64,000 bases of DNA from contig JALELS010000026.1 in assembly GCA_022768065.1 (NCBI GenBank), forward strand, positions 8,961 to 72,960. Direction: 5' to 3'. Below the pieces are notes generated by a model. That model made no database searches and had not been told where the DNA came from. It saw only the letters and a list, made by a program, of their open reading frames with translations. Position numbers and translations under genes: made by a program. Source of the DNA: Ruminococcus sp. Lineage in GTDB: Bacteria > Bacillota > Clostridia > Oscillospirales > Acutalibacteraceae. Position 1 is the first letter of the stretch. Every line of letters starts with the position of its first letter. This document shows positions 42,801-51,900 of the stretch, piece by piece.

Positions 42801-45800
42801 TTACGGTTTTTTAAACCGCGGTATAAAAATCACAAGTGCCGTCCAAATAAGGACGAACAGCATTATCTGAAGAGCGCCCGCCTGGCTGAGACCCGAGGTG
42901 AACGCCATAGCGGCAACGGCAAGTATTCCTATGCCGACGCCTATATACTGAAGAATCGAGGAAAGCCTGAATTTGTCGGTTATCAGGAATGCGGCGGCAA
43001 ACGACTTTAACAGCGTATAGACGCTGCCGTCGTGTATTACCTTGCAATCCCCCGACGGCTTAACCGTCTCGTAAAGGTCTTTAAACATCTTGCCGGCAAC
43101 GGGGCTTATAACCTTGACAAAACCGTGGGGCAAATCAAAATACTGCTCGATAAGCTCCTCGGTGATGTTCGGGTCTGTCGTTCTGACAAGCACGCTCACA
43201 CCGTATTTTTCAAGTTTATTCAAATACTTTGCGGTGTCGCCGTTCGGTTTGTATTCAACCGAGAAGCCTGCCGCCGTTTTACCCTCGACGGCAAGATAGA
43301 GCACCTGCCTGCCGGAAGAGAGGAACTTGCTCTCTTCTTCCTCGGAGGGCGGCGTTACATTGTGCTTTGAAAGCAAATCACGGTTACCCACAAGCACGCG
43401 CTGATTGTTTATCCAGCAGGAACAGCCGAGTTTTTCCTCATAGACAAGAGATTCCACGGGCGGCAGAATATCGCGTTTTGAAAGTATGACGCTGTCGAAA
43501 ACATCTGCGAGTGCGCCGCCGCTTTTAATAACGACAGCCGCCGTATAGAGAAACGCATCGTCTATACGCATTGAATTATAGAGCTTGAATCCGTGCAAAC
43601 TGCATCCGCCGTAGAGGAAAAGATCCGACGCATCTATAACCACCGCATTTGCGGTAGAGGCGTCCTCGGCGGCGTAATAGCCGGAAACCAACGAACCCGA
43701 ACGTCTGAGAAACTTATTTGTCCCTTTAAGTATATCAAACGCCGACAGGCACGACGACACGGGAAGTCCTATAAGAGTGACTGCGGTAAACGCCGACACG
43801 GCGTAAATCAAATTCTTTGAAATGACTCCGGCTACAACAGCCGTGAGCACCGCCGCCGCAAGTACGGCAGGCAGCGAAAGCGCGTAAACATCGTCAGACG
43901 GGTCGCGGCGGAGAGTCATCTCCACAAACTTTGACGGGAAACCGATTTTAGCACTGTATCTTATATCGGGATCGCCGAGCAAAAGCCCTCTGCCTATTTC
44001 AAAGGCTTCGCCCTCATCCTCTATCTTGCTTACGCTGTAAAGCTCCTCGGGGTGCTTCACTATGTACTCAAAATTTGCAATATCGTTTTTGGCGCGCGCC
44101 TTATCCGCGGCAGCCGTAAATATGAGCGGAATAAATACCGCAGGGGCATAAATATGAATATTATCCGGTAACGCCCCGTGCCCCGAAAAAGCTGCAATAC
44201 ACTGCAAAACGCCCGCAAACAAAGCGACGGTGACGCACAGCGAACGCGTAATCTTTTTTCGTCCGAGAAGTGAAAAGCTCTTTTTGATTTCTCCGAAGTC
44301 AATCAGCGCCGCAATCAAAAGCAACACGAGATTGACGCCCAAAAAGGCATATTCGCTGTTCCCGAAAGCCGACAGATCCGACAATACGGTTTTGACCGTG
44401 GAAAACAGCGTGAGAACCACAAGGAAAATCACAAATATAATTATCTTTGCGGTCGCTTTTCTCTTATTGCCCATCATTATATCATAGACGGCCTTTGCGT
44501 CCTTGTTACTGTAATATTCGCGCGCTATTCTTATCGGCTCATCGTCCGCCTTGGATTTTTCGCGATTTCGGCGGCTGCGTTTTTTCTTCGGCTCAAAATC
44601 CTCGCCGTCGTCCTCGTCGTAAGCGGACTCGTCTATAATATCGCCGTTTTCGTCCTCCTCGGGGAGATCGTCGAGAATACGAATATTTTTTCTTATCTTT
44701 TCCGCAGTCTTGTTTTCTTCGTCCGAATCGCTCTCTTCCGGCTCGCTGCGGCGAACTTCCTCTTTTTCGGTCTGCCTGAATGCAGGCTGTAATTTAAAAC
44801 TCTTTGCTTTTTTGTTTCTCCTGCCCAAAAGCTCAATTTCAGCCTCGTATTCGTCCACCGTTTCCGGCTTATCCTCTTCCTCAAAGCCGTCAAGCTTTAT
44901 CTGATTTTGCAGCTGCTGTGTATCTTCGTCCGCGGAATTCTTTTTGGCAAGAGATTTAAGCTCGCCGGTACGATATTTTTCGGCATTGCTTTTTTGAACC
45001 TTCAGCTCGTCCTCAGCCGAAATTATTGTGGGAACGGGCATAAGCCCCTCTTCACTCGTCTTTTCGCCGTCGGGCTTTTTCACTATAACGCCGAACTTCT
45101 CAATGGTTTTTGGCGGAAGCGACGACATAAGCTTTTCGTGCTCACGCGTTTTTTCCATATCAAGCTTAGGCTTATTTAGAAATCTCTCGCGGTATTTATC
45201 CGTCTCCATGCCTTTTTTAACGGCAGGTGCTTTTTTGTCGGTAAATTCCGAAGATGTTGTTCTGGTTATTTTTTTGCCTATATGGTGTTCGATTTTTTCG
45301 CTGTGAATTGCTCTCGCGTCAACTTCATTGAAAACGCGCGTCTTTTCAAGCGAAATTTGACCGGGAACCGATTTGTCTTCGGACTGCACGGGCGAATTTT
45401 CATTATCGCCGGTAAGGCTTGGGGTTGTCCCTTCAAAAAGAGGATTTTCGGGCAGTACCTCTGAGGCAAATTCGCTGTCATGCGAAATCTTATCCGCCGA
45501 TTTTTCTTCAGCGAAAGATTTTTCCGCGGTTTTTGTTTCCGCTTCAGTATTTTTCGATTTTTTATCCTCGTTTTTCTCTTTGTGCCTGCCGCCCGAAAGA
45601 ATTTCATCAAAAATGGCGGGGTCTATGGAAAAGCTGTCATTTGACTTCTTGTCGGGCTCTTTTTTTGATATATGCAAAACGGGCGCCTCGTCGGTTTTTT
45701 CTTCGGCGAAATCGTATTTTTTCTCTGCGTGTTCGACCTTTTTTTCGGATTCGCCGATTTGTTCACCGTGAGTTTCTTCGGGCTCGGACAGTCCCTCGTC

Positions 45801-45923
45801 CGCTAAAAGGGCGTCAATCTCCGCAAGCGACCAGAGCTTGCCCGGCGCTTTTTCTGTATCTTTTTCGGTTTCGCTGAGAATATCGTCAAGAGAAAATCCC
45901 GACGACATATTACGGTCTGCCAT
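42801..45923 (-). CDS. Large membrane protein: ~470-aa disordered acidic/lysine-rich N-terminus fused to a degenerate P1B-type ATPase-like body
   Basis: By eye, the C-terminal ~560 aa align with heavy-metal P-type ATPases (VLVGNRDLL, GRQVLYLAVEGKTAAGFSV, GVSVLVRTTDPN). The catalytic motifs are degenerate: DKTGT is DASDL, TGDN is TTDP, GDGxND is HDGSVY. There is no TGES and no CPC. Confidence 0.6.
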   Translation of the reverse strand: MADRNMSSGFSLDDILSETEKDTEKAPGKLWSLAEIDALLADEGLSEPEETHGEQIGESEKKVEHAEKKYDFAEEKTDEAPVLHISKKEPDKKSNDSFSIDPAIFDEILSGGRHKEKNEDKKSKNTEAETKTAEKSFAEEKSADKISHDSEFASEVLPENPLFEGTTPSLTGDNENSPVQSEDKSVPGQISLEKTRVFNEVDARAIHSEKIEHHIGKKITRTTSSEFTDKKAPAVKKGMETDKYRERFLNKPKLDMEKTREHEKLMSSLPPKTIEKFGVIVKKPDGEKTSEEGLMPVPTIISAEDELKVQKSNAEKYRTGELKSLAKKNSADEDTQQLQNQIKLDGFEEEDKPETVDEYEAEIELLGRRNKKAKSFKLQPAFRQTEKEEVRRSEPEESDSDEENKTAEKIRKNIRILDDLPEEDENGDIIDESAYDEDDGEDFEPKKKRSRRNREKSKADDEPIRIAREYYSNKDAKAVYDIMMGNKRKATAKIIIFVIFLVVLTLFSTVKTVLSDLSAFGNSEYAFLGVNLVLLLIAALIDFGEIKKSFSLLGRKKITRSLCVTVALFAGVLQCIAAFSGHGALPDNIHIYAPAVFIPLIFTAAADKARAKNDIANFEYIVKHPEELYSVSKIEDEGEAFEIGRGLLLGDPDIRYSAKIGFPSKFVEMTLRRDPSDDVYALSLPAVLAAAVLTAVVAGVISKNLIYAVSAFTAVTLIGLPVSSCLSAFDILKGTNKFLRRSGSLVSGYYAAEDASTANAVVIDASDLFLYGGCSLHGFKLYNSMRIDDAFLYTAAVVIKSGGALADVFDSVILSKRDILPPVESLVYEEKLGCSCWINNQRVLVGNRDLLSKHNVTPPSEEEESKFLSSGRQVLYLAVEGKTAAGFSVEYKPNGDTAKYLNKLEKYGVSVLVRTTDPNITEELIEQYFDLPHGFVKVISPVAGKMFKDLYETVKPSGDCKVIHDGSVYTLLKSFAAAFLITDKFRLSSILQYIGVGIGILAVAAMAFTSGLSQAGALQIMLFVLIWTALVIFIPRFKKP

Positions 45924-45940
45924 TTTTCACACCCCAATTT

Positions 45941-46687
45941 TTATCTGTGCGACGCCACCTCATACATAAGTATACCTGCCGCCACAGAAGCGTTCAATGA
46001 GTTTATTTTTCCCTTCATGGGAAGCGAGACGATAAAATCGCACTTTTCACGGACAAGACGGCTCATACCGTGTCCCTCGGAACCGATTATCAGAGCGACT
46101 CCGCCGGAATAATCCGTGGACTTATAGTCGCTGCCGTACATATCGGCACCGTATATCCAAATGTTTTTTTCTTTAAGCTCGTCAATGGTCGACGCGAGAT
46201 TTGCGACCCTCGCAACCGGCACATATTCGAGTGCGCCTGCAGAGGTCTTACCTACGGTAAAATTCAGAGAAGCACTGCGGCGCTTCGGTATAATTACACC
46301 GTGCGCGCCTGCCGCATCGGCGGTTCTTATTACAGCGCCGAGATTATGCGTATCCTCTACGCCGTCACAAATTATGATAAACGGCTTCTCGTTTTTCTCG
46401 GCCGCTTTATTTAAAATATCCTCAACGGTAGAGTATTCGTGCGCCGCCGCCGAAAGCGCCACACCCTGGTGCACACCGCCGCCGCACATAAAATCAAGCT
46501 TTTTTGAGTCAACCTCTTTTATGACTGCGCCTTTCTCACGCGCCATTGAGATTAACCTCTTAACCGCAGGGTTTTGCTCGCCGCGCTGAACAAACAGGCG
46601 GTCTACCTCGCGGCCCGATTTAATTGCCTCAAATACCGCGTTTCTGCCGATAATTAAGTCGTTTTGGTCTTTCTTAGCTTCGTCCAT
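45941..46687 (-). CDS. rlmB: 23S rRNA (guanosine-2'-O)-methyltransferase, SpoU/TrmH family
   Basis: SpoU motifs are present (LDGVEDTHNLGAVIRTADAAGAHGVI, LIIGSEGHGM, IPMKGKINSLNASVAAGI-like). The ATG at 46687 has GGAGAG 6 nt upstream; the track start at 46783 is an extension. Confidence 0.85.
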   Translation of the reverse strand: MDEAKKDQNDLIIGRNAVFEAIKSGREVDRLFVQRGEQNPAVKRLISMAREKGAVIKEVDSKKLDFMCGGGVHQGVALSAAAHEYSTVEDILNKAAEKNEKPFIIICDGVEDTHNLGAVIRTADAAGAHGVIIPKRRSASLNFTVGKTSAGALEYVPVARVANLASTIDELKEKNIWIYGADMYGSDYKSTDYSGGVALIIGSEGHGMSRLVREKCDFIVSLPMKGKINSLNASVAAGILMYEVASHR

Positions 46688-46806
46688 TAAATACTCTCCG
46701 GTAAACGTCAATAAATTATATATATTATATTGTAACATAACTTTGCCTGTTTTTACAATAGAATTATCAAGTTTCAGCCGCACCGAACGGGAAAAAAGCC
46801 CACAAT

Positions 46807-46840
46807 TTAAAAAAACCGCAAAAAATCCGTGCGGTTTTTC
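46807..46840 (-). terminator. Terminator region downstream of rplQ (one of 2-3 hairpins in 46807-46965)
   Basis: AAACCGC-loop-GCGGTTT flanked by A/T runs. A second, AT-rich long hairpin lies at 46924-46965. Confidence 0.45.
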
Positions 46841-46987
46841 TTAAAAACGGGCTTTAATATTGTGCGGTAAATGCTTTGGAAGGTAAAAAATCCGTTTTCC
46901 GGTTTCGGACGCATTCCAAATCCAAAAGGGATTGTAAAAAACACAAGTTTTTCACAACCCCTTTGCGAATAAATATATTACGATATA

Positions 46988-47476
46988 TTATTCTTTTGCT
47001 TCGGCTTTCTCTTCAGCCTTAGCGTCTTTTTTCTCTGCCTTGGGAGCAGATTTTTTAGCTGCGGGCTTTTTGGCAGCGGGCTTCTTTGCAGCTTTCTTAG
47101 CTGCGGCAGCCTTAGCTTCAAGCTCAGCCTTAGTCTCAACAAGCTCTATAATGCACATTTCTGCTGCGTCGCCGCGGCGTGTGCGGGTCTTGGTGATTCT
47201 TGTATATCCGCCGTTAACAGCTGCGTATCTGGGCGCAATAACGTCGAAGAGATTTTTAACAACGTCCTCTTTAGTAACGTAAGCTAAAACCTGTCTTCTT
47301 GCGTGTAAGGAGTTATCCTTAGCAATGGTGATCATTTTTTCTGCCATTGCTCTAACTTCCTTAGCCCTTGTAACGGTCGTTTCAACTTTTCCGTTTTCAA
47401 ACAGGTAAGTTACCATTCCGCGAAGCATTGCCTTGCGGTGATCGGTAGTCCTGCCGAGTTTTCTTGTTCCGGGCAT
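46988..47476 (-). CDS. rplQ: 50S ribosomal protein L17 with Lys/Ala-rich C-terminal extension
   Basis: L17 core ([17 protein letters not shown]) plus a ~45-aa tail, [42 protein letters not shown]. Confidence 0.95.
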   Translation of the reverse strand: MPGTRKLGRTTDHRKAMLRGMVTYLFENGKVETTVTRAKEVRAMAEKMITIAKDNSLHARRQVLAYVTKEDVVKNLFDVIAPRYAAVNGGYTRITKTRTRRGDAAEMCIIELVETKAELEAKAAAAKKAAKKPAAKKPAAKKSAPKAEKKDAKAEEKAEAKE

Positions 47477-47494
47477 CTATAACACTCCTTCTGA

Positions 47495-48445
47495 TTATTC
47501 GTCATCCTTGCGGAGAGTGAAGTTGAGCGACTCAAGCTTGGCAATAACCTCTTCAAGAGACTTTCTGCCAAGGTTTCTCACCTTCATCATATCGTCTTCT
47601 GACTTGCTTATTAAATCTTCAACCGTGTTGATTCCTGCTCTCTTCAGGCAGTTGAAAGAACGTACCGAAAGGTCAAGCTCCTCAATGGTCATCTCCAGAG
47701 CCTTTTCCTTGCCGTTGTCGTCTTTAACGACCATAACCTCAGTATTGCCTGCTTCATCCGAAAGCTCAATAAAGAGATTGAGGTGCTCATTGAGAATCTT
47801 AGCTGCGAGAGAAACTGCTTCCTTTGCAGAAATAGTACCGTTGGTCCAAATCTCAATGGAAAGCTTATCATAGTCGGTGATCTGCCCTACGCGGGTGTTT
47901 TCAACCGTATAATTAACTTTCAACACGGGTGTGTAGATAGAGTCGATAGCAATAACGCCGATAACAGGCTTCATTATCTGCTTGTTTCTCTCTGCGGAAA
48001 CATATCCTCTGCCTCTGTCGCAGGTCATCTCCATGCTGAGAGTTGCACCGTCTGACAGAGTAGCGATGAGATGATCGGGGTTGAGAATTTCAACGTCCGA
48101 ATCTGTTTTTATGTCGCCTGCCGTAACAGAGCATTTGCCACTCGCTTCTATATAGATAGTCTTGGGACCGTCGCCGTGTATTTTAAGGATAACGCCTTTA
48201 AGATTAAGAACAATCTCGGTTACGTCCTCTTTAACACCGGGAATGGTCGAAAATTCGTGAAGTACGCCGTCAATCTTAACCGATGTAATAGCGTATCCCG
48301 GAAGAGAAGACAGTAAAACTCTGCGGAGACTGTTTCCTATTGTTGTACCGTATCCTCTTTCGAGCGGCTCCATTACGAACTTGCCGTAGGTGCCGTCTTC
48401 CGACAAATCGAGTGCTTCAATGCTGGGCTTATCAATTCCTATCAT
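47495..48445 (-). CDS. rpoA: DNA-directed RNA polymerase subunit alpha
   Basis: 316 aa with a typical NTD and a CTD ([17 protein letters not shown]). Sits in the alpha-operon position. Confidence 0.97.
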   Translation of the reverse strand: MIGIDKPSIEALDLSEDGTYGKFVMEPLERGYGTTIGNSLRRVLLSSLPGYAITSVKIDGVLHEFSTIPGVKEDVTEIVLNLKGVILKIHGDGPKTIYIEASGKCSVTAGDIKTDSDVEILNPDHLIATLSDGATLSMEMTCDRGRGYVSAERNKQIMKPVIGVIAIDSIYTPVLKVNYTVENTRVGQITDYDKLSIEIWTNGTISAKEAVSLAAKILNEHLNLFIELSDEAGNTEVMVVKDDNGKEKALEMTIEELDLSVRSFNCLKRAGINTVEDLISKSEDDMMKVRNLGRKSLEEVIAKLESLNFTLRKDDE

Positions 48446-48524
48446 TCAAAACCCTCCTAATTGTGGGTTCGGGCTAAGCCCGACTGTAGTTTGTATTCGT
48501 ATGAAAAGTAATGCAGCGAGCCTA

Positions 48525-49124
48525 TTATTTTGAGTAGAACTCAACGATAAGATGCTCTTCAACGGGATAGTCGATATCCTCGCGCTCGGGGAGAGCCACT
48601 ACCTTTGCGGTGAGCTCGGCAGCGTTGACTTCAAGCCACTTCGGAGAAACGCCGAAAACGCCCTCTTCCTTAACAGCTTTAAATCTTGCATTATCTTTGC
48701 TTGTCTCTGCAACTGCGATTACATCGCCTTCTTTAACAAGGTACGACGGGATGTTTACTCTCTTGCCGTTTACAGTGAAATGGCCGTGAGAAACTGCCTG
48801 TCTTGCCTCGCGGCGGGTCTTGCAGAAACCTGTTCTGAAAGCTACGTTATCAAGGCGGGTCTCGATCATTGTAAGAAGTACAACGCCGGTCTGGCCCTGA
48901 GCCTTAGCAGCCTTTTCGTAATATGAGTGGAACTGCTTTTCGAGAATACCGTAGATGAACTTAACCTTCTGCTTCTCGTTAAGCTGCATAGCGTACTCAC
49001 TCTTTTTACGGCGGCCTTTAGTATAGGAATTTCTGGTAGTTTCCTTATTGGTATAACCCATAACGGCCGGTGAAATACCGAGCGCCTTGCAGCGCTTTGC
49101 TACGGGTTCCGTATTCTTTGCCAT
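48525..49124 (-). CDS. rpsD: 30S ribosomal protein S4
   Basis: The translation is typical S4 (S4 RNA-binding domain RLDNVAFR). Canonical position. Confidence 0.96.
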   Translation of the reverse strand: MAKNTEPVAKRCKALGISPAVMGYTNKETTRNSYTKGRRKKSEYAMQLNEKQKVKFIYGILEKQFHSYYEKAAKAQGQTGVVLLTMIETRLDNVAFRTGFCKTRREARQAVSHGHFTVNGKRVNIPSYLVKEGDVIAVAETSKDNARFKAVKEEGVFGVSPKWLEVNAAELTAKVVALPEREDIDYPVEEHLIVEFYSK

Positions 49125-49142
49125 AAAAATTACACCTCCGAA

Positions 49143-49547
49143 TTAAACTCTTCTTCTCTTGGGCGGACGGCATCCGTTGTGAGGAATAGGAGTAACGTCT
49201 TTAATCATAGTTACTTCGAGTCCTGCTGTCTGAAGCGCACGGATTGCTGCCTCACGTCCCGAACCGGGACCCTTGACGTAAACTTCAACGGTCTTCATTC
49301 CGTGGTCAACCGCAACTTTAGCAGCGGTTTCGGCAGCGGTCTGAGCTGCGAACGGAGTTGATTTCTTGGAACCTCTGAAGCCCATTTCGCCTGAGCTTGC
49401 CCAAGATACTGCGTTACCCTGTACGTCGGTGATGGTCACGATAGTGTTATTGAAGGTGGATTGAATATGAGCTGCACCTTTGTCGATATTCTTGCGTTCA
49501 CGACGCTTGCGAGAAGCAGCGCCTTTTGCTGTTGCTTTGGTAGCCAT
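49143..49547 (-). CDS. rpsK: 30S ribosomal protein S11
   Basis: Typical S11 ([18 protein letters not shown]...[13 protein letters not shown]). Confidence 0.97.
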   Translation of the reverse strand: MATKATAKGAASRKRRERKNIDKGAAHIQSTFNNTIVTITDVQGNAVSWASSGEMGFRGSKKSTPFAAQTAAETAAKVAVDHGMKTVEVYVKGPGSGREAAIRALQTAGLEVTMIKDVTPIPHNGCRPPKRRRV

Positions 49548-49562
49548 TTACTAATCCCTCCC

Positions 49563-49931
49563 TTATTTCTTCTTATTTGCAATGGTCTTCTTCGGACCCT
49601 TGCGTGTACGGGCATTGTTCTTAGAGGTCTGACCTCTTACGGGCAAGCCCTTGCGGTGACGGATACCGCGGTATGAACCTATTTCGATAAGTCTCTTGAT
49701 GTCAAATGCTGTATCGCGGCGAAGGTCGCCCTCTACCTTTACGTGATGGTCGATATACTCACGAAGCTTAGCGACATCTTCTTCGGTCAAATCCTTTACA
49801 CGAGTGTCGGGATTTACACCTGTTGCTGCGATAATATCGCTTGCAGTTTTTCTGCCGATACCGTAGATGTATGTGAGGCCGATTTCGACTCTCTTATCTC
49901 TCGGTAAATCAACACCTGAAATACGTGCCAT
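49563..49931 (-). CDS. rpsM: 30S ribosomal protein S13
   Basis: Typical S13 ([26 protein letters not shown]). Confidence 0.97.
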   Translation of the reverse strand: MARISGVDLPRDKRVEIGLTYIYGIGRKTASDIIAATGVNPDTRVKDLTEEDVAKLREYIDHHVKVEGDLRRDTAFDIKRLIEIGSYRGIRHRKGLPVRGQTSKNNARTRKGPKKTIANKKK

Positions 49932-50006
49932 TTACAGTTGCACCTCCATTTTTGATGCGGCGGCAACTCTGACCGCCATTGAAAAGCTTTTACAAAAAGA
50001 GCAAGC

Positions 50007-50033
50007 ATCGTTGTTTAGATCTTTAACAACGAT
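50007..50033 (-). promoter_or_regulatory. Perfect 9-bp hairpin between rpmJ and rpsM (possible internal attenuator or processing site)
   Basis: Minus strand reads ATCGTTGTT-AAAGATCTA-AACAACGAT, followed 8 nt later by CTTTTT. Confidence 0.35.
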
Positions 50034-50041
50034 ACGGGCAA

Positions 50042-50155
50042 TCAGCCCTGGCGCTGCTTATGCTTCGGGTTTTCACAGATTACCATGACTTTACCCTTGC
50101 GCTTGATTATCTTGCACTTTTCGCACATTTTCTTGACAGAAGGTCTGACTTTCAT
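50042..50155 (-). CDS. rpmJ: 50S ribosomal protein L36 (zinc-binding form)
   Basis: Below the track size cutoff. My reverse translation gives [37 protein letters not shown] (37 aa, C-C-C-H). Confidence 0.93.
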   Translation of the reverse strand: MKVRPSVKKMCEKCKIIKRKGKVMVICENPKHKQRQG

Positions 50156-50213
50156 TGGAATACCTCCTTAAAAAAGAACTTCTATTGTCTTACTTACAAA
50201 GCGAAAAATTCGC

Positions 50214-50432
50214 TTATTTTGAACGCCATGTTATACGCCCGCGAGTGAGGTCATATGGCGACATTTCGACCGTCACTTTATCGCCCGGAAGAATGCGGAT
50301 GTAATTCATACGCAGCTTACCGGAAATATGGGCCAAGATTTTGTGTCCGTTTTCAAGCTCAACCTGAAATGTTGCATTCGGGAGAGCCTCAACGACTGTA
50401 CCTTCAATTTCTATCATATCCTGTTTTGACAT
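50214..50432 (-). CDS. infA: Translation initiation factor IF-1
   Basis: 72-aa S1-like OB fold ([30 protein letters not shown]). Confidence 0.97.
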   Translation of the reverse strand: MSKQDMIEIEGTVVEALPNATFQVELENGHKILAHISGKLRMNYIRILPGDKVTVEMSPYDLTRGRITWRSK

Positions 50433-50499
50433 AGAAGAAGCCTCACTAACTTTAATAATGCTTTTAGTCCTGAACCGGGAACCTTCGGGGAAACCTCAG

Positions 50500-51249
50500 T
50501 TACGCTTGTGTTAAGATGAGCGGACCGTTTGCTGTTATTGCCACGGTGTGCTCGAAATGAGCTGATAGCTTTCCGTCTCTTGTTTTGACGGTCCAACCGT
50601 CGGGCATCTGTTTGATTGCCGCCGTGCCCTCGTTTATCATAGGCTCAATGGCAATTACCATGCCCGGCAACAGGCGCACACCCCTGCCGGGAGTGCCGAA
50701 ATTCGGTACGCTGGGATCCTCATGGAGTTTTGTACCTACGCCGTGACCGGTATACTCTCTCACGACGCCGTAGCCTCTGTCCTCGCAATAGCTTTGCACC
50801 GCGTGGCCTATATCGCCGAGTCTGCCGCCAGCGACAGCCGCTTCGATGCCTTTATAAAGGCTCTCTTTGGTGGTGTCGCACAGCCGCTTCGCTTCGTCGG
50901 AAATTTTTCCGGCAGCGAAAGTAGCGGCATTGTCGCCGTTGTAGCCGTGAATTTTTGCTCCAAGGTCAATACTGACTATGTCGCCCTCACGGATAACACG
51001 CTTTTTGCTCGGAATACCGTGAATGATCTCATCATTTATGGAAATGCATGCGGTGGCAGGGAAACCGTAAAGATGTAAGAAATTGGGCTCAGCGCCCTGT
51101 TTCTTTATATACTCATACGCGATGTGGTCAATTTCCCAGGTAGTAACGCCCGGTTTAACCGCCTCGCCTGCCACTTTTAATGCCTCCGCTGAAATACGGC
51201 AAGCTTCTTTCATAAGCTCGATCTCTTTCGCGGTCTTCAGCACTATCAT
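50500..51249 (-). CDS. map: Type I methionine aminopeptidase
   Basis: 249 aa with the metal ligand pattern (D...D...H...E...E) and YTGHGVG. Confidence 0.95.
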   Translation of the reverse strand: MIVLKTAKEIELMKEACRISAEALKVAGEAVKPGVTTWEIDHIAYEYIKKQGAEPNFLHLYGFPATACISINDEIIHGIPSKKRVIREGDIVSIDLGAKIHGYNGDNAATFAAGKISDEAKRLCDTTKESLYKGIEAAVAGGRLGDIGHAVQSYCEDRGYGVVREYTGHGVGTKLHEDPSVPNFGTPGRGVRLLPGMVIAIEPMINEGTAAIKQMPDGWTVKTRDGKLSAHFEHTVAITANGPLILTQA

Positions 51250-51251
51250 GC

Positions 51252-51884
51252 TTAATCCTCCAATGCTTTGAAGGTGAGAGCTGTGGTATCGGCCACATCT
51301 TCCTGACCTTCCACTACGCGGAGAATACCTTTCTTCTCGTAGTAACCCTTTAACGGTTCGGTTTGCTCATGATAGGTTTTAAGCCTGTCGAGTACCGTCT
51401 CGGGCATATCGTCCTTTCTCTGGACGAGTTTTTCGCCGCAGACGTCGCAAATGCCGTCCGTCTTCGGTTTTTTGTACTCGGTGTGATAAGTAGCGCCGCA
51501 CTTGAGGCAGACTCTTCTGCCGGAAAGTCTTGCGGTTATCTTTTCATCCGGTACGTAAATTTCGAGGACGCGGTCTATTCTGACGCCCATTTTGTCAAGC
51601 GCCTCTGCCTGAGGAATAGTCCTCGGGAAACCGTCAAGGATGAAACCGTTTTTGCAGTCATCAGCCTTGAGTCTGTCCTCTATAATACCGATAACTACCT
51701 CGTCGGGGACGAGCTTACCGGCATCGATATAGGACTTAGCTTTAAGTCCCATTTCGGTTTTAGCCGCCATTGCTTCACGAAGGATATTGCCCGTAGAAAT
51801 AGCGGGAATTGAAAGCTTTGCACAGATTTTTTCAGCCTGTGTGCCCTTGCCTGCGCCGGGGGCGCCGAGAAGTATAAGATTCAT
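51252..51884 (-). CDS. adk: Adenylate kinase (Zn-lid form)
   Basis: MNLILLGAPGAGKGTQ P-loop and lid CLKCG...CDVCG. The ATG at 51884 has GGAGG upstream; the track start overlaps secY. Confidence 0.95.
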   Translation of the reverse strand: MNLILLGAPGAGKGTQAEKICAKLSIPAISTGNILREAMAAKTEMGLKAKSYIDAGKLVPDEVVIGIIEDRLKADDCKNGFILDGFPRTIPQAEALDKMGVRIDRVLEIYVPDEKITARLSGRRVCLKCGATYHTEYKKPKTDGICDVCGEKLVQRKDDMPETVLDRLKTYHEQTEPLKGYYEKKGILRVVEGQEDVADTTALTFKALED

Positions 51885-51900
51885 TCTTTTCCTCCGTATC

